64,000 nucleotides of DNA, taken from positions 1 through 64,000 of the IMG/VR virus record IMGVR_UViG_3300042557_001040. One strand, given 5' to 3'. The position numbers were made by a program, and so were the translations under genes. Positions 7,765 through 17,629 of this stretch are shown here, in pieces. Under the pieces are notes generated by a model. It was not told the origin of the DNA, did no database searches, and saw only the letters and a program-made list of their open reading frames with translations. The number at the start of each line of letters is the position of its first letter. Position 1 is the stretch's first letter. This stretch comes from a virus.

Positions 7765-9087
7765 ATGAGACCAAGTCCAACAGAAAGTGCTACATGGTAT
7801 ATGCCACATACATATAAACAAGGTAATGATGGAAACATGTATACTATACAAATAAATAGTAATGGTGTGCATAAATGGGTACGAGCAGCAAGTAACAACT
7901 ATATATTAATAGAACATAAAAGTAGTAAACATCCATCTTATCACACTGTACCACCAACACAACAACTAACAACAAAACCCCTTAAAATGGCAAAAGCCGT
8001 AAAGACCATTACAAAAAAGACCACTCAAGAAGTGCGTCAAATTGAGACATCTTTGATTAACAAAGAAGAAGTATTTAAAATGCTGGCATTGGCAGAAGCC
8101 ACTGGATTGCCATTATTGCTAGTGGGTGAGCCAGGTGTGGCAAAAACCAAAACTATTATAGATTATGCCAAGGCTTGGCTTAACAGGGATGGTAAAATGG
8201 CAAATGAAGATTTCATGAATAAAATTTATGTTCTAGAGACTGATGAGGGCACAAAGTCTTCTGAAGTGAAGGGTATGCCTGACCTTGAGAAACTGTTTAC
8301 ACAAAACAAGTATGATCTTAACACTCCTATTGCTGACGCAGAGATTGTTGTCATCAATGAGGTGGATAAGGCCAGTTCTGGTATTCGTAATGCCATGCTG
8401 GGTGTTATGAATGAGAAATTCTTGTTTAATGGTAAACACAAGATTCCTTGTAAATGGAAGCTCTTTGTTGCTACATGTAATGAGATTCCTAAGGATGAGG
8501 TTAATAACCCTTTCTGGGACAGGTTTATGCTGAAAATGCATGTAAACAGGGTGAGCGCAGGTGAAATGTCCAAGTATTACAGCAAGGGTGCTAGAAACTA
8601 CCGTGAAAGCTTTAAAATTGGAATTCCTAACAGAGATGAAATTGAGTCTGTAGAAGTTTCAAATCGTAAACTTGAGAAGTATTTGGAAGTGGGCTACACC
8701 TCTAGTTCAGACCGAACTCTCACATTTGTTCCCACATTAACAAAAGCAATTAGTTATATATGGGATATTTCTGTAGATAAGGCTTTGGTGAAAACTGCCC
8801 AAATTATGATTGGTTCAAACGCGGGTAGTGATCTTCAAAACAAGTTGATGTCTGCAGAAGTGAAGGCAGTTATGTCTAAAGTTGAAATGCTTAATTCTCA
8901 TGACACAAATGAGTCTTTAGAGCTTGCAATAGGTGAAATTGAAGGAATTATTAATACATATGCTACAAGAGGTCTTCTTGAGAAAGATCAAGTGGAAGAG
9001 ATTGAAGCATCTATGCAATATATTCTTCAAAATCATCCTGCTCGTAAGGACTATGATTTGTCAGAGGATTTTGAGAATGCAATGTAA
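7765..9087 (+). CDS. MoxR/RavA-like AAA+ ATPase with N-terminal GNDG-motif extension (alternative start 7987)
   Basis: LVGEPGVAKT (Walker A), INEVDK (Walker B with D to N), ATCNEIP, FWDRF; adjacent VWA gene. Confidence 0.85.
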   Translation: MRPSPTESATWYMPHTYKQGNDGNMYTIQINSNGVHKWVRAASNNYILIEHKSSKHPSYHTVPPTQQLTTKPLKMAKAVKTITKKTTQEVRQIETSLINKEEVFKMLALAEATGLPLLLVGEPGVAKTKTIIDYAKAWLNRDGKMANEDFMNKIYVLETDEGTKSSEVKGMPDLEKLFTQNKYDLNTPIADAEIVVINEVDKASSGIRNAMLGVMNEKFLFNGKHKIPCKWKLFVATCNEIPKDEVNNPFWDRFMLKMHVNRVSAGEMSKYYSKGARNYRESFKIGIPNRDEIESVEVSNRKLEKYLEVGYTSSSDRTLTFVPTLTKAISYIWDISVDKALVKTAQIMIGSNAGSDLQNKLMSAEVKAVMSKVEMLNSHDTNESLELAIGEIEGIINTYATRGLLEKDQVEEIEASMQYILQNHPARKDYDLSEDFENAM

Positions 9088-9106
9088 TTTTTTTGTTTTA
9101 ATGTTT

Positions 9107-9138
9107 CCCCCAGTGTGTCAAAAGCACTGGGGGTTTTT
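9107..9138 (+). terminator. Intrinsic terminator/attenuator between AAA and VWA genes
   Basis: CCCCCAGTG-N9-CACTGGGGG-TTTTT. Confidence 0.7.
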
Positions 9139-9150
9139 AAAAAATAACAG

Positions 9151-10650
9151 ATGTCTAGAAAATACACCAATGTATACACCATCTTAGAGAAGGTGAAGAA
9201 AGGAGACTTTCAGTCATATTATAAAGAAGATGATGGTTTATTTGGAAAAATAGAGTTTTATAAAAAACCAGATCTTGTAAAACCTTACATGCACTATCTT
9301 GATGAAAAGAGTCTTGAATCAATAATGGATCATTTTGTTTCAGATAGAAAGTCACTTTTAAAACTGTTAAATCATTTTACAAATGATTCAGCATCCACTA
9401 AAATATTAAAAGATAAAAAAGTATCTGAAGAACAGTTTTTTGCAGATGTTAAGGAAAAGAGAAAAACATTTCCAAAGCATTTATTGAAGGATATATTCAA
9501 GATGTATTATCACAACATAAAAGATTTGGAATTTGAACAAAGAAAGAGTGAGAACAAAGGAAAATATAAGTTTTTAGAACATGCAAACAATCCTGTTTCT
9601 AAAATCATGACAGAGTCTTCAAGCTTGAAGTCTTCTATTTTTGCAAGAAATATTGTTGGTTATTACTTAGCCAAACTTGCAGTGCTACAATATGTAGATC
9701 CTCAACTTGAAAAAGATATATCAGATGAGCTACAAAGAACAGCATCAAATGATTTTGATAATGATGTTCTAAATGATCTTTTTAAAAAGGCTTTTGATAA
9801 TGACAAAGACAAGAATATTTTAGAAAAAATTGTTGAAGAATCTAAAGACTTATGCAGAGGAATTGATCAAATAATGGATAAGGATATGCAAGAAGACATG
9901 TTTGAAGCAGCTTCTTATGATGATTCAGCATCAAAAATTTCTTTAAACTATGTTGATGACATTAAACAAAAACTTCAAAAGATAAATATCTCTACAGGTG
10001 CTATGAAGGAGAAGATTAAAAAGCTTTTGGATAAGTCTATTAATTATTTTAGCGCAAAGAAGAAAACAATATATAATGACATCTTTAATTCTGATAATAT
10101 TCAGGATATTGTAGATTATGAGTTTTTTCATCCAAAGCTAAAGAAGAGTCTTATAGAAGACATTATGGTGAGGGAAACCAAAAGCATTGGAAAGATAGAT
10201 GTCTATGTAGATTGTTCTGGTAGTATGTCTTCAAGCTGTGGCTCAAAGAATAAAAATGGAGAATCTGTTAGCAAAATTGATTTTGTAAAAGCCTTTATTT
10301 GTAAGTTAAAAGACTTGGATTTGCTCAATGATCTTTATCAATTTGATAGTAAAGTGAAAAAGAACAAATCTGATGTTATTAGCATTTCTTTAATAAATGC
10401 AGGAGGAGGTACTGATATTAACAAAGTGGTTAAAAACATAATTGCAAATAAAAGAAATGCAATAGTTCTTACAGATGCGGAAGACCATTGTGCAAATTAT
10501 TCAGAGCTGGCCTATTTTATAGGTGTAAAGGGAGCACAATTTCACTATTTTGAGTCTACTGTTTTAGAACAATATGTCAACTCTAGTCAAATAATTGTTT
10601 TTGACGGGGAGAAAATTAATCAAGTTGATAAAAAAGGACATATTCTCTAA
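9151..10650 (+). CDS. VWA-domain protein (ViaA/CoxE-like MoxR partner)
   Basis: C-terminal MIDAS motif VYVDCSGSMS...GGTDI...LTDAED. Confidence 0.88.
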   Translation: MSRKYTNVYTILEKVKKGDFQSYYKEDDGLFGKIEFYKKPDLVKPYMHYLDEKSLESIMDHFVSDRKSLLKLLNHFTNDSASTKILKDKKVSEEQFFADVKEKRKTFPKHLLKDIFKMYYHNIKDLEFEQRKSENKGKYKFLEHANNPVSKIMTESSSLKSSIFARNIVGYYLAKLAVLQYVDPQLEKDISDELQRTASNDFDNDVLNDLFKKAFDNDKDKNILEKIVEESKDLCRGIDQIMDKDMQEDMFEAASYDDSASKISLNYVDDIKQKLQKINISTGAMKEKIKKLLDKSINYFSAKKKTIYNDIFNSDNIQDIVDYEFFHPKLKKSLIEDIMVRETKSIGKIDVYVDCSGSMSSSCGSKNKNGESVSKIDFVKAFICKLKDLDLLNDLYQFDSKVKKNKSDVISISLINAGGGTDINKVVKNIIANKRNAIVLTDAEDHCANYSELAYFIGVKGAQFHYFESTVLEQYVNSSQIIVFDGEKINQVDKKGHIL

Positions 10651-10682
10651 ATGTATTGTTCCAGGGGTTAGAAAAGGAAGAA

Positions 10683-10706
10683 GAGGGTGCACATAAGTGC
10701 ACTCTC
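10683..10706. terminator. Hairpin terminator between convergent blocks
   Basis: GAGGGTGCAC-ATAA-GTGCACTCTC with a pyrimidine-rich tail on the - strand. Confidence 0.65.
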
Positions 10707-10829
10707 TCACCTTCCTTGTCCTCTATATTTAGATACTTTCTTACATTTAGGACCTCTAGATTTAGCAGCTTTACCACCTTTTCTAGATCCAAATGTAACT
10801 TTTCTAAGATCGTTTGTTGATTTTGGCAT
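10707..10829 (-). CDS. Small basic protein ending in KYRGQGR (40 aa)
   Basis: Manual translation MPKSTNDLRKVTFGSRKGGKAAKSRGPKCKKVSKYRGQGR*; missed by the ORF track. Confidence 0.7.
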   Translation of the reverse strand: MPKSTNDLRKVTFGSRKGGKAAKSRGPKCKKVSKYRGQGR

Positions 10830-10841
10830 TTTATGTGGTTT

Positions 10842-11168
10842 TTAGAATTCTTCACCTTCCACTCCTGATTCAAATTCTTCAGGAACTTCAAGAACATCAA
10901 TTTCAGTGGTTTCCTCTCCTTCAGTTTCAATGGTGGTTTTTGCTACAGCTGTAGCTACAAGACCAGCAACAAGAAGATTTTTAAACAATACACTCACCCA
11001 AGGAAGGAGTGTAAAAGAAAATTCAGGAAGGACAGTTTGTCCCAATTTTTCAGCTGTAAGTACAGCTGCAGAGCCTACAGTGATCATAAGGCTCCATTTA
11101 ATCATCACTTTAAAAAATTCAGGTTCAGGAGAACTAAGTCTTGTAAGAATGTTCATTTCTCTTGCCAT
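10842..11168 (-). CDS. Two-TM membrane protein, holin-like
   Basis: RLSSPEPEFFK N-terminus, two hydrophobic helices, acidic tail. Confidence 0.55.
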   Translation of the reverse strand: MAREMNILTRLSSPEPEFFKVMIKWSLMITVGSAAVLTAEKLGQTVLPEFSFTLLPWVSVLFKNLLVAGLVATAVAKTTIETEGEETTEIDVLEVPEEFESGVEGEEF

Positions 11169-11188
11169 TTTGATATAGTTTTTAAGGG

Positions 11189-14100
11189 TTAAAATTCGTT
11201 AGGTACAACAATAGGATCGTTTATAGTTATATTAGCTATTTGCTGACAACCTCTGTTATCTGTCACAGTGTATGTGTAAAAACCAGAAGGTTGACTAAAA
11301 GAACCTGTTCCTGTGTATGGAGGTGTACCACCAGATCCATTAATAGTAATGGTAGATGTTCCACCTACGCATGTAAGTGTAGTAGCAGAAGGAACTACAA
11401 CTAATTGAGGAGGTTCTGCTAGGTTAATAGATGTGTTAAATTTAGCACCATTAGCATCTGTTATAGTGAATACACTCAGTCCAGCACTTCTTGTAAATGT
11501 GCCAGTTCCAATATAAGGACTCTGTCCACCTGATGCACTGACAGTAACTACAGTTGTACCTCCTTTACAAGGAATACCTGCAGTCACAGAACAACTAGCT
11601 GTTAAAGGTGTAGGTTGTGTAACTGTAAAGCTATTGCTTACAGTGCACGCTTTAGCATCTCTAGTAGTGATTGTATGTGCTCCAGCTGCCACTTTAGAAA
11701 ATACATTACTAGACTGATATGTACCCCCATCTAATGAATAAACATAAGGAGATGTACCACCAGTAGCAAAAGGCTGGGTTACAGATGTAGAATCTCCATT
11801 AATAAGTATATTATTAAATACAGGAGCAGATGCAGCTAATACTGCAGGTTGTGTAATTACAATCTCTATAGTGTCTTTTACATTGACATTATCAGTTACA
11901 ATAAACTGATGTGTACCAGCAGCTCTTGTAAACACTCCAGTGCCTGAATAAGGACTAATTCCTCCTGTAGCACCTATATTCACTGTAGTTGTGCCTCCAT
12001 TACAAGATATTGTACCTGCAGTGCCAGATGCATTAAGAACACTAGGCTCACTAACTACAAAGTTTTTAGTGGTAATACAACCATTAACATCTTTTGTATT
12101 TACTAAATAAGTTCCTGCAGTGACACCTGTAAACACATTAGAAGCTTGATAAGGGGATGTGTTAAGTGAATACTGATAAGGACTAACACCACCAGACGCT
12201 CCAGGTTGAGTGACTGTAGTGGTTCCACCATTGATTAAAATAGGAGGTGCTGTAGGAGTTCCTGATACAAGAAGTGTAGGCTGTGTAAGTGAAACAGTTC
12301 TTGTTGCAGAACATCCATTAGCATCTTTCACTGAATATACCACTGTACCAACAGCTTGTGTGAAGTTACCAATACCAGAATAAGGGGTGATTCCTCCTGA
12401 TGCTGTGATTGCAACAACTGCTGTACCACCATTACAAAGAATACTTGCAGGAGTTTCAACAGAATTAACAACAATAGCAGAAGGTTCTGTAATAGCAATG
12501 CTTCTTGTAATAGCACAAGCATTAGCATCTGTAATTGTTACATTGTAAACACCTGCAGAAAGACCTGTTCTATTCTGTGTAGTTTGTCCTGTGTTCCAAA
12601 GATATGTGTATGCTCCTGTGCCTCCAGAAGGAGAAATAGTAATATTACCAGTGGATTGACCACCGCATAATACATTAGTTTGATTTGCAGTGGCAGTAAG
12701 AGCAACAGGTTGTGCTACTACAATACTAGTGGTAGCAGTTGCCCCTGCAGCATCTGTAACAGTGAATGTATAAGTGCCAGCATTACGGGTGAATGTACCA
12801 GTTCCTGTATAAGGAGGAAGACCACCATTACCACTAACATTTACGCTAGTAGTTCCACCGTTACAAAGAATAGGGGCAGCACTTGCTGAAGCAGAAAGAG
12901 TACCTGGTTCTGTAAGACTAATAGATTTACCAATAGTACACTGATTGGCATCTTTAATAGTGATGCTATACAATCCTGCACTTACATTGGGAAATACATT
13001 GCTAGATTGATAAGCACCTGTACCAAGTCTGTATTCATACCCAGATGTAGTTATAGAACTTCTAATAAACTCAATTTCAGATAGTTGTATGCAACATGAA
13101 ATAGAGGGCGTAAGAACAGATGTAAGATTAAGACGATAAGTTGTATATGCTGTAGTGTTTGAAATTGTATATGTCTTCTTTAAGAATCTACTAGCAAATG
13201 TTTCACCAGTTCTTGTATCTAATGTCACCCATGTAACACCACCATTGTTAGAACCCATAAGATTCCAACTTGTAGGGTCTCTTTCAGGAAGATCACCACC
13301 AGATGTAAGTGTATATGATGTCACTATTTGTCCAGCACCTGAAAGAGTGTATTGAATCCATGAAGCTCTTGTTGTAGGGTTGGCATTAGCAAAGTCTACC
13401 CACTTTGTATTTGGATTATTATCAATCAGTAAAGCTTTAGGTTCAGCGGGAACTTCTCCTTGCACTGTTAATGTACCCGGTAATTCTGTAATATCTGTAG
13501 AATTAGAAACAGAAGTATTAGTTACACCCCCTGTAGCAATAGGTTGTGTAATTGTTGTTGTCCCTTTGTTCACTGTTATAGGCGGAGCTGTAGGATTACC
13601 TGCAGCGAGAGGAGTAGGTTGGGTGATGGTCTGAGTGGTAGTAGTGGTACAACCCCTAGAGTCAGTGATAGTGCAGGTGTAGGTTCCAACTGGAATTCCA
13701 GTTCTGTTTTGTGTAGTGACACCTCCACCCCAATTGTACGTATAAGGTGAAGTTCCTCCTGTAGGAGTGACATTGATGCTTCCTGTTGACGCTCCATGAC
13801 AAAGAACATCTGTTTTTGCAGATGTTGCTGCAAGCGTTGCTGGTTGAGATAGGACAATAGTGGTTGTTGTTGTATTAGGTGTGGGCGTTGTAGCATCTGT
13901 AACTGTAAAGGTATATGTACCAGCTGTCCTTGAAAACGTACCTGTCCCCGTGTAAGGAGGCGTACCCCCAGTAGCAGCTACAGTAACAGTGGTAGACCCC
14001 CCATTACAAGCAATAGAAGTTTGTATAGAAGAACTAGCTATTAATCCCCCTACAGTTGCAGTACCATTAGGAAAGAATATATTACCATAATAAGGAAGAA

Positions 14101-16150
14101 TAACAGCACTATTATTATAAACCACTCCTTTATAATCTATTTTACTTAAACCAGGAAATGAGTAAGTAAAAGGAGTGGATGTAGCATTGTATCGAAAGTC
14201 AGGAGTGGTTGATGGAAAAGTTGTATCTTTTGCAGATTTACCTGACCATGTGCTCCAATTAGATGTTTTAAAAGGTGCTAACCCAGCAGCAACACCATTA
14301 GTTGCATAACTATTAACCATGTATGGAGATGGAGCAAAATTTGAAACATAGTTACTATCAATGACACCCATGTTTTGCAATTGGGATTGAATTTGAGATA
14401 TACTAGAATTATCATAAGTGTAATATGCAAATGAATAATTCCAATTACACAATCCATTTCCACCGCCATTGCTGTACAATGCATTTTTTTTAATATTCAT
14501 TGAAACAGGAGTAAGTTGTACTGGCGGATATCTCCAAACTCTCATTGCACTAGGCCAACCAATAGTAATATTTTCTCTTACGTTGAGATTTCTAGCACCA
14601 TTAAAGTAATATCCAGCATCGTCATAAGTATTAGTAACACCTCCGCAAGATCCAGTAAGTGTACTTTGAGCACTATAAAGAGAAGGACCTACTACATTAC
14701 TATCAATAATAGCATTGGATGCTCCTCCGTCCATATAAATACCATATCCCTGTGTGTTTAATCCAGGTGTTGATGTGCCGTACAAAAATTTACCAGAGTT
14801 AAGAATAATATTATTCTTAAGTCTTCTATTTGTAAAATTGATATTACCATCTTGATCCCATGCATAAATACCTCCTCCATCTGATTTTGCAATACAAGGA
14901 AAAGAAATAACATTTTTTTCTAAGGTGATATTGCTTCCATAGAATCTAATACCAGCATATCCAATAGAATCTATAATGTTTTGACTACAGGTTACAACAG
15001 AACTATTGCCTGTTTCTATTTCAATACCTGTATGCTGATTATCTTGATTACCTTGTGTTCCTGCTCCACCATTAGTTAAACCAGCAAGTCCTTCAATATT
15101 ACCGCAGGTCTCAACTGTATTACCTCTAATAGTTGCACTACTTGTCACCCAAATACCGTTAGAACCAATATCTCTAACTAAGTTGTTTTCTATAAGTGCA
15201 TTAGAACCTCTTAAATCAATACCCCATCCTTGAGCAAATCTTACATAACAGTTTCTAATTGTAACATTTGAACCACTTCCAGTGATGGCTTTTTCAGTGC
15301 AACCTTGTACATCAAGACCATCGATAGTAATATTAGTATTGCCTCCTAATGTAATAAGCGTGGTAAGAGTGGGAAATCTAATAGTTCCAAGAGTGGAAGG
15401 ATTGCTTGTAGAAAACATTGTAAGCAACTTTGTAGAGTTGCTAAAGTGCCATTCATTTTGTTGGTCAAGTGTAGCTAAATTATTTTGTACAAAATAACCC
15501 CAATTACCATTAGAAAAACCATTAGCAGTAATTCCATACATTCCTGCTGGATTGTTACAATTAATTGTTGTACCTGAAATAGAATTAATAGGCATTACAT
15601 CAAGATTCCAGTTGTTCTTAAAGAGAACCAGCTCACCACCAACATAAGAAGGCGAAATTGCTGTAACTGATGTAACATTAATTGGTGTTACTGCAGTTAA
15701 ATTACCACTATATCTAATCCATGCTGCAAACCCGTCTACATAGTTAGGAAATCTACCATTTCTAACTATTTGACCATTAAGCGTAAGAAGCCTAATATTG
15801 TTAAGAGTTGTAGAAATAGTAGTGGCCCATCTGTTTGTACCAGTATTGCTCCAAGATGATGGTGTGACAAATCCTGTAATAACAGGTAAATTGCCTGTAC
15901 CATAAGCACCAAGAGTGATTCCAGATTTACCAACAGCAATTGTACCAAAAAATGTACCTCCTCTTTGGAAATAAATTCTGTCTCCAGAATTAATACTTCC
16001 CCAAGAAGAGTTTAGTTTGGCAATAGTTGCCCATGGTGCAGATGTACTCTGACCATTATTGGCATCACTACCGCTATTACTAATGTAATAGTCAATAGCA
16101 TAAGATTTAAAAGAAAACAATACAAGAAAGATAGCTAATAGCTTTTTCAT
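11189..16150 (-). CDS. Secreted-type protein: signal peptide, right-handed parallel beta-helix, many SprB repeats, inserted discoidin (F5/8 type C)-like domain
   Basis: MKKLLAIFLVLFSFKSYA signal; YYISNSGSDANNG...DGGGIY/GIYMD beta-helix; repeated CNGG...GGTxPY...AGTYTxTVTDAxGC...ITQP units; YTLTSGGDLPERDPTSWNLMGSN...QLSEIEF discoidin. Confidence 0.88.
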   Translation of the reverse strand: MKKLLAIFLVLFSFKSYAIDYYISNSGSDANNGQSTSAPWATIAKLNSSWGSINSGDRIYFQRGGTFFGTIAVGKSGITLGAYGTGNLPVITGFVTPSSWSNTGTNRWATTISTTLNNIRLLTLNGQIVRNGRFPNYVDGFAAWIRYSGNLTAVTPINVTSVTAISPSYVGGELVLFKNNWNLDVMPINSISGTTINCNNPAGMYGITANGFSNGNWGYFVQNNLATLDQQNEWHFSNSTKLLTMFSTSNPSTLGTIRFPTLTTLITLGGNTNITIDGLDVQGCTEKAITGSGSNVTIRNCYVRFAQGWGIDLRGSNALIENNLVRDIGSNGIWVTSSATIRGNTVETCGNIEGLAGLTNGGAGTQGNQDNQHTGIEIETGNSSVVTCSQNIIDSIGYAGIRFYGSNITLEKNVISFPCIAKSDGGGIYAWDQDGNINFTNRRLKNNIILNSGKFLYGTSTPGLNTQGYGIYMDGGASNAIIDSNVVGPSLYSAQSTLTGSCGGVTNTYDDAGYYFNGARNLNVRENITIGWPSAMRVWRYPPVQLTPVSMNIKKNALYSNGGGNGLCNWNYSFAYYTYDNSSISQIQSQLQNMGVIDSNYVSNFAPSPYMVNSYATNGVAAGLAPFKTSNWSTWSGKSAKDTTFPSTTPDFRYNATSTPFTYSFPGLSKIDYKGVVYNNSAVILPYYGNIFFPNGTATVGGLIASSSIQTSIACNGGSTTVTVAATGGTPPYTGTGTFSRTAGTYTFTVTDATTPTPNTTTTTIVLSQPATLAATSAKTDVLCHGASTGSINVTPTGGTSPYTYNWGGGVTTQNRTGIPVGTYTCTITDSRGCTTTTTQTITQPTPLAAGNPTAPPITVNKGTTTITQPIATGGVTNTSVSNSTDITELPGTLTVQGEVPAEPKALLIDNNPNTKWVDFANANPTTRASWIQYTLSGAGQIVTSYTLTSGGDLPERDPTSWNLMGSNNGGVTWVTLDTRTGETFASRFLKKTYTISNTTAYTTYRLNLTSVLTPSISCCIQLSEIEFIRSSITTSGYEYRLGTGAYQSSNVFPNVSAGLYSITIKDANQCTIGKSISLTEPGTLSASASAAPILCNGGTTSVNVSGNGGLPPYTGTGTFTRNAGTYTFTVTDAAGATATTSIVVAQPVALTATANQTNVLCGGQSTGNITISPSGGTGAYTYLWNTGQTTQNRTGLSAGVYNVTITDANACAITRSIAITEPSAIVVNSVETPASILCNGGTAVVAITASGGITPYSGIGNFTQAVGTVVYSVKDANGCSATRTVSLTQPTLLVSGTPTAPPILINGGTTTVTQPGASGGVSPYQYSLNTSPYQASNVFTGVTAGTYLVNTKDVNGCITTKNFVVSEPSVLNASGTAGTISCNGGTTTVNIGATGGISPYSGTGVFTRAAGTHQFIVTDNVNVKDTIEIVITQPAVLAASAPVFNNILINGDSTSVTQPFATGGTSPYVYSLDGGTYQSSNVFSKVAAGAHTITTRDAKACTVSNSFTVTQPTPLTASCSVTAGIPCKGGTTVVTVSASGGQSPYIGTGTFTRSAGLSVFTITDANGAKFNTSINLAEPPQLVVVPSATTLTCVGGTSTITINGSGGTPPYTGTGSFSQPSGFYTYTVTDNRGCQQIANITINDPIVVPNEF

Positions 16151-16185
16151 AAAATGGTTGTTTGTTTATAATTTTGACACAATAT

Positions 16186-16335
16186 TTAATTTTGAGTATT
16201 AGATTGAGCTTTTGCGGCTTGTACCAAAGCTCTAGCTTCTTCAACAGTCTTACCTTCTTTGATATAATCAGACACTCTTTTATCTTGAGCATCTCTAATT
16301 GCTTGTTCTTCTGGGGTTACTTTTCTTATTGGCAT
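16186..16335 (-). CDS. Small hypothetical protein (49 aa)
   Basis: Manual translation MPIRKVTPEEQAIRDAQDKRVSDYIKEGKTVEEARALVQAAKAQSNTQN*; fills the gap between co-oriented genes. Confidence 0.6.
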   Translation of the reverse strand: MPIRKVTPEEQAIRDAQDKRVSDYIKEGKTVEEARALVQAAKAQSNTQN

Positions 16336-16347
16336 AATGTTTAAATT

Positions 16348-17118
16348 TTAAGGGTTATAAAATACAGCCCAACCTTTTATTACAAGACTAGCTTGAGCTG
16401 CTAAACCTAGACCAGATGGTGTAGAATTAGTGCCTCCACTAAGATCAACATAACCATTGCTAAGACCATTGTCATCAAGTGTAATTAGAACATGATTTAC
16501 AGAAGCTTCTGTTAAATTATTACTATTCAGATCAACATAATCCAAGCCCACACAACCTGTAATGTTTATATGTTGCAATCCTGTATCATCATTATATAAC
16601 TGTGTCATTGTGGTGATTCCTGTAAAATCTAAAGATGTGAATCCCATATTATCACCATCCCATTCATTAATACCTTCTAATTTTTGAAGATTGCTTATTG
16701 CTACAGCTGTACCAGGACCAAACCCAATTTCAAAATCGTCAATTTGAGAAGGATTGTTTATACATAAATAAACAGTGTGAGGGATTAAACCTTCCAAGTC
16801 ATATTCAAAGTCATAATTACTTCCATCAGCAGGAAGAGAAAAACTTTCACTTTCTGTAGATGTCCAATGAACAGATCCTGTTAAATTAGGTCCTCCATTT
16901 ACAGTTTGTAATGTAAAACCATAAAGTCCACTTACTTCATCTGCAATAGCTTGTATAGCTATGCAACATGAATACTCTTTAATAGTGTTACAACATAAGT
17001 CTGCTGGAACCTCTTTCCATGTAGATGGTCCACTAGGGAATGATCCACTAGTAAGAATCATACTACCAGGTACAATCTTGCCTTGCTTGCTGTACCTTAC
17101 AAATGCTCTTTTTTTCAT
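16348..17118 (-). CDS. Putative virion accessory protein, shared N-terminal module plus LRR-like C-terminus
   Basis: N-terminus paralogous to 17178-17627; LxxLxxxxNxL repeats in the C-terminal half. Confidence 0.7.
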   Translation of the reverse strand: MKKRAFVRYSKQGKIVPGSMILTSGSFPSGPSTWKEVPADLCCNTIKEYSCCIAIQAIADEVSGLYGFTLQTVNGGPNLTGSVHWTSTESESFSLPADGSNYDFEYDLEGLIPHTVYLCINNPSQIDDFEIGFGPGTAVAISNLQKLEGINEWDGDNMGFTSLDFTGITTMTQLYNDDTGLQHINITGCVGLDYVDLNSNNLTEASVNHVLITLDDNGLSNGYVDLSGGTNSTPSGLGLAAQASLVIKGWAVFYNP

Positions 17119-17177
17119 TTTATTTATATTTTAAAGGTCAAAATCTAAATGCTCTATTTTTTCCCATTATTTTTTAT

Positions 17178-17627
17178 TTACATATCTCCAACCGAAAAGA
17201 TAAAATCATTTATATCTTCACAAAGAAGATTTCTAATTTGAGGATTTAAATAAAGTGTTAAAATAGAACCAGAAACTTCAAAATAACCCCAAAAAGAAAA
17301 ATTAGTATTGAAGTAATCGGCAACTTCTTGATAACTATTTAATGAAGGACCTGTAAAAAAACTCGTAAACTCTTTGCTACCATCTCCTACACATTGTATT
17401 TGAATAAACAAGTTAGTACTTGATGGTAAAACAGACATTGTAAGAGCTAAATTATAACTAAGAGGGAATTCTCTACTAGTGTTAGGATTTATTTCACAAC
17501 AATAGTTTGTAGATACTTCTTTCCATAATGCAGTTTTATCAGGATAGCCACCGTTAGTAGTTACTACTAAACTTCCAGGAACAAGTTGTCCTTTTTTAGT
17601 ATATCTTACAAATCCTCTTTTTTTCAT
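17178..17627 (-). CDS. Putative virion accessory protein, paralogous N-terminal module
   Basis: MKKRGFVRYTKKGQLVPGSLVVT...WKEV...CC. Confidence 0.7.
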   Translation of the reverse strand: MKKRGFVRYTKKGQLVPGSLVVTTNGGYPDKTALWKEVSTNYCCEINPNTSREFPLSYNLALTMSVLPSSTNLFIQIQCVGDGSKEFTSFFTGPSLNSYQEVADYFNTNFSFWGYFEVSGSILTLYLNPQIRNLLCEDINDFIFSVGDM

Positions 17628-17629
17628 TT

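Noticed and set aside
10616-10930. 104-aa minus-strand ORF
   Set aside because: Overlaps the VWA and holin-like genes and spans the terminator; the 40-aa YRGQGR ORF fits the gap better.
11189-14030. Periodic repeats as CRISPR array or DGR template/variable repeat
   Set aside because: They are degenerate in-frame protein (SprB) repeats; no spacers, cas or reverse transcriptase genes are seen.
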